25,607 nt of DNA, taken from a virus. Its lineage: Duplodnaviria; Caudoviricetes. Position 1 is the stretch's first letter, and each line of letters begins with the position of its first letter. A program made the position numbers and the translations under genes. Shown here in pieces: positions 25,576 through 25,607 of the stretch. Below the pieces are notes generated by a model. It did not search any database. It saw only the letters and a program-made list of their open reading frames with translations, and was not told the DNA's origin. Where the stretch lies: positions 1-25,607 of the IMG/VR virus record IMGVR_UViG_3300002301_000060. One strand, given 5' to 3'.

Positions 25576-25607
25576 CTAACGTGGATTCGTTAGTTGGACA
25601 CTTAAAG

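Noticed and set aside
1-25607. tRNA, integrase, lysis genes, alternative genetic code
   Set aside because: None recognised. Long genes read intact in the standard code, so lifestyle and host cannot be determined from this window.

Overview
A 25.6-kb segment of a tailed dsDNA bacteriophage (Caudoviricetes, probably podovirus-like). All calls come from motif recognition and gene order, not database searches. Left to right: a leftward cluster of small accessory genes headed by a DUF932-like gene; a divergent promoter region with a structured leader; a primase-polymerase/PriCT-2/AAA helicase fusion followed by an iteron-rich putative origin; terminase small subunit, three small ORFs sharing a C-terminal motif, terminase large subunit; a 996-aa polyvalent-type protein (PcfJ-like plus ADP-ribosyltransferase-like); P22-like portal, GroES, scaffold, decoration and major capsid proteins; a block of Lys/His-rich proteins; a head-tail protein; a free-standing GIY-YIG endonuclease; two tail fibre genes. 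The best candidate for an undescribed system is an x-[K/A]-x-G-G motif shared by five otherwise unrelated late-region proteins, including a ~14% His protein with 15 GG dipeptides. It may be a processing or capsid-import signal. Also notable: a recurrent TGAGCTATAATT promoter, a switch- or pseudoknot-like leader before the primase, and shared peptide tags on accessory genes.
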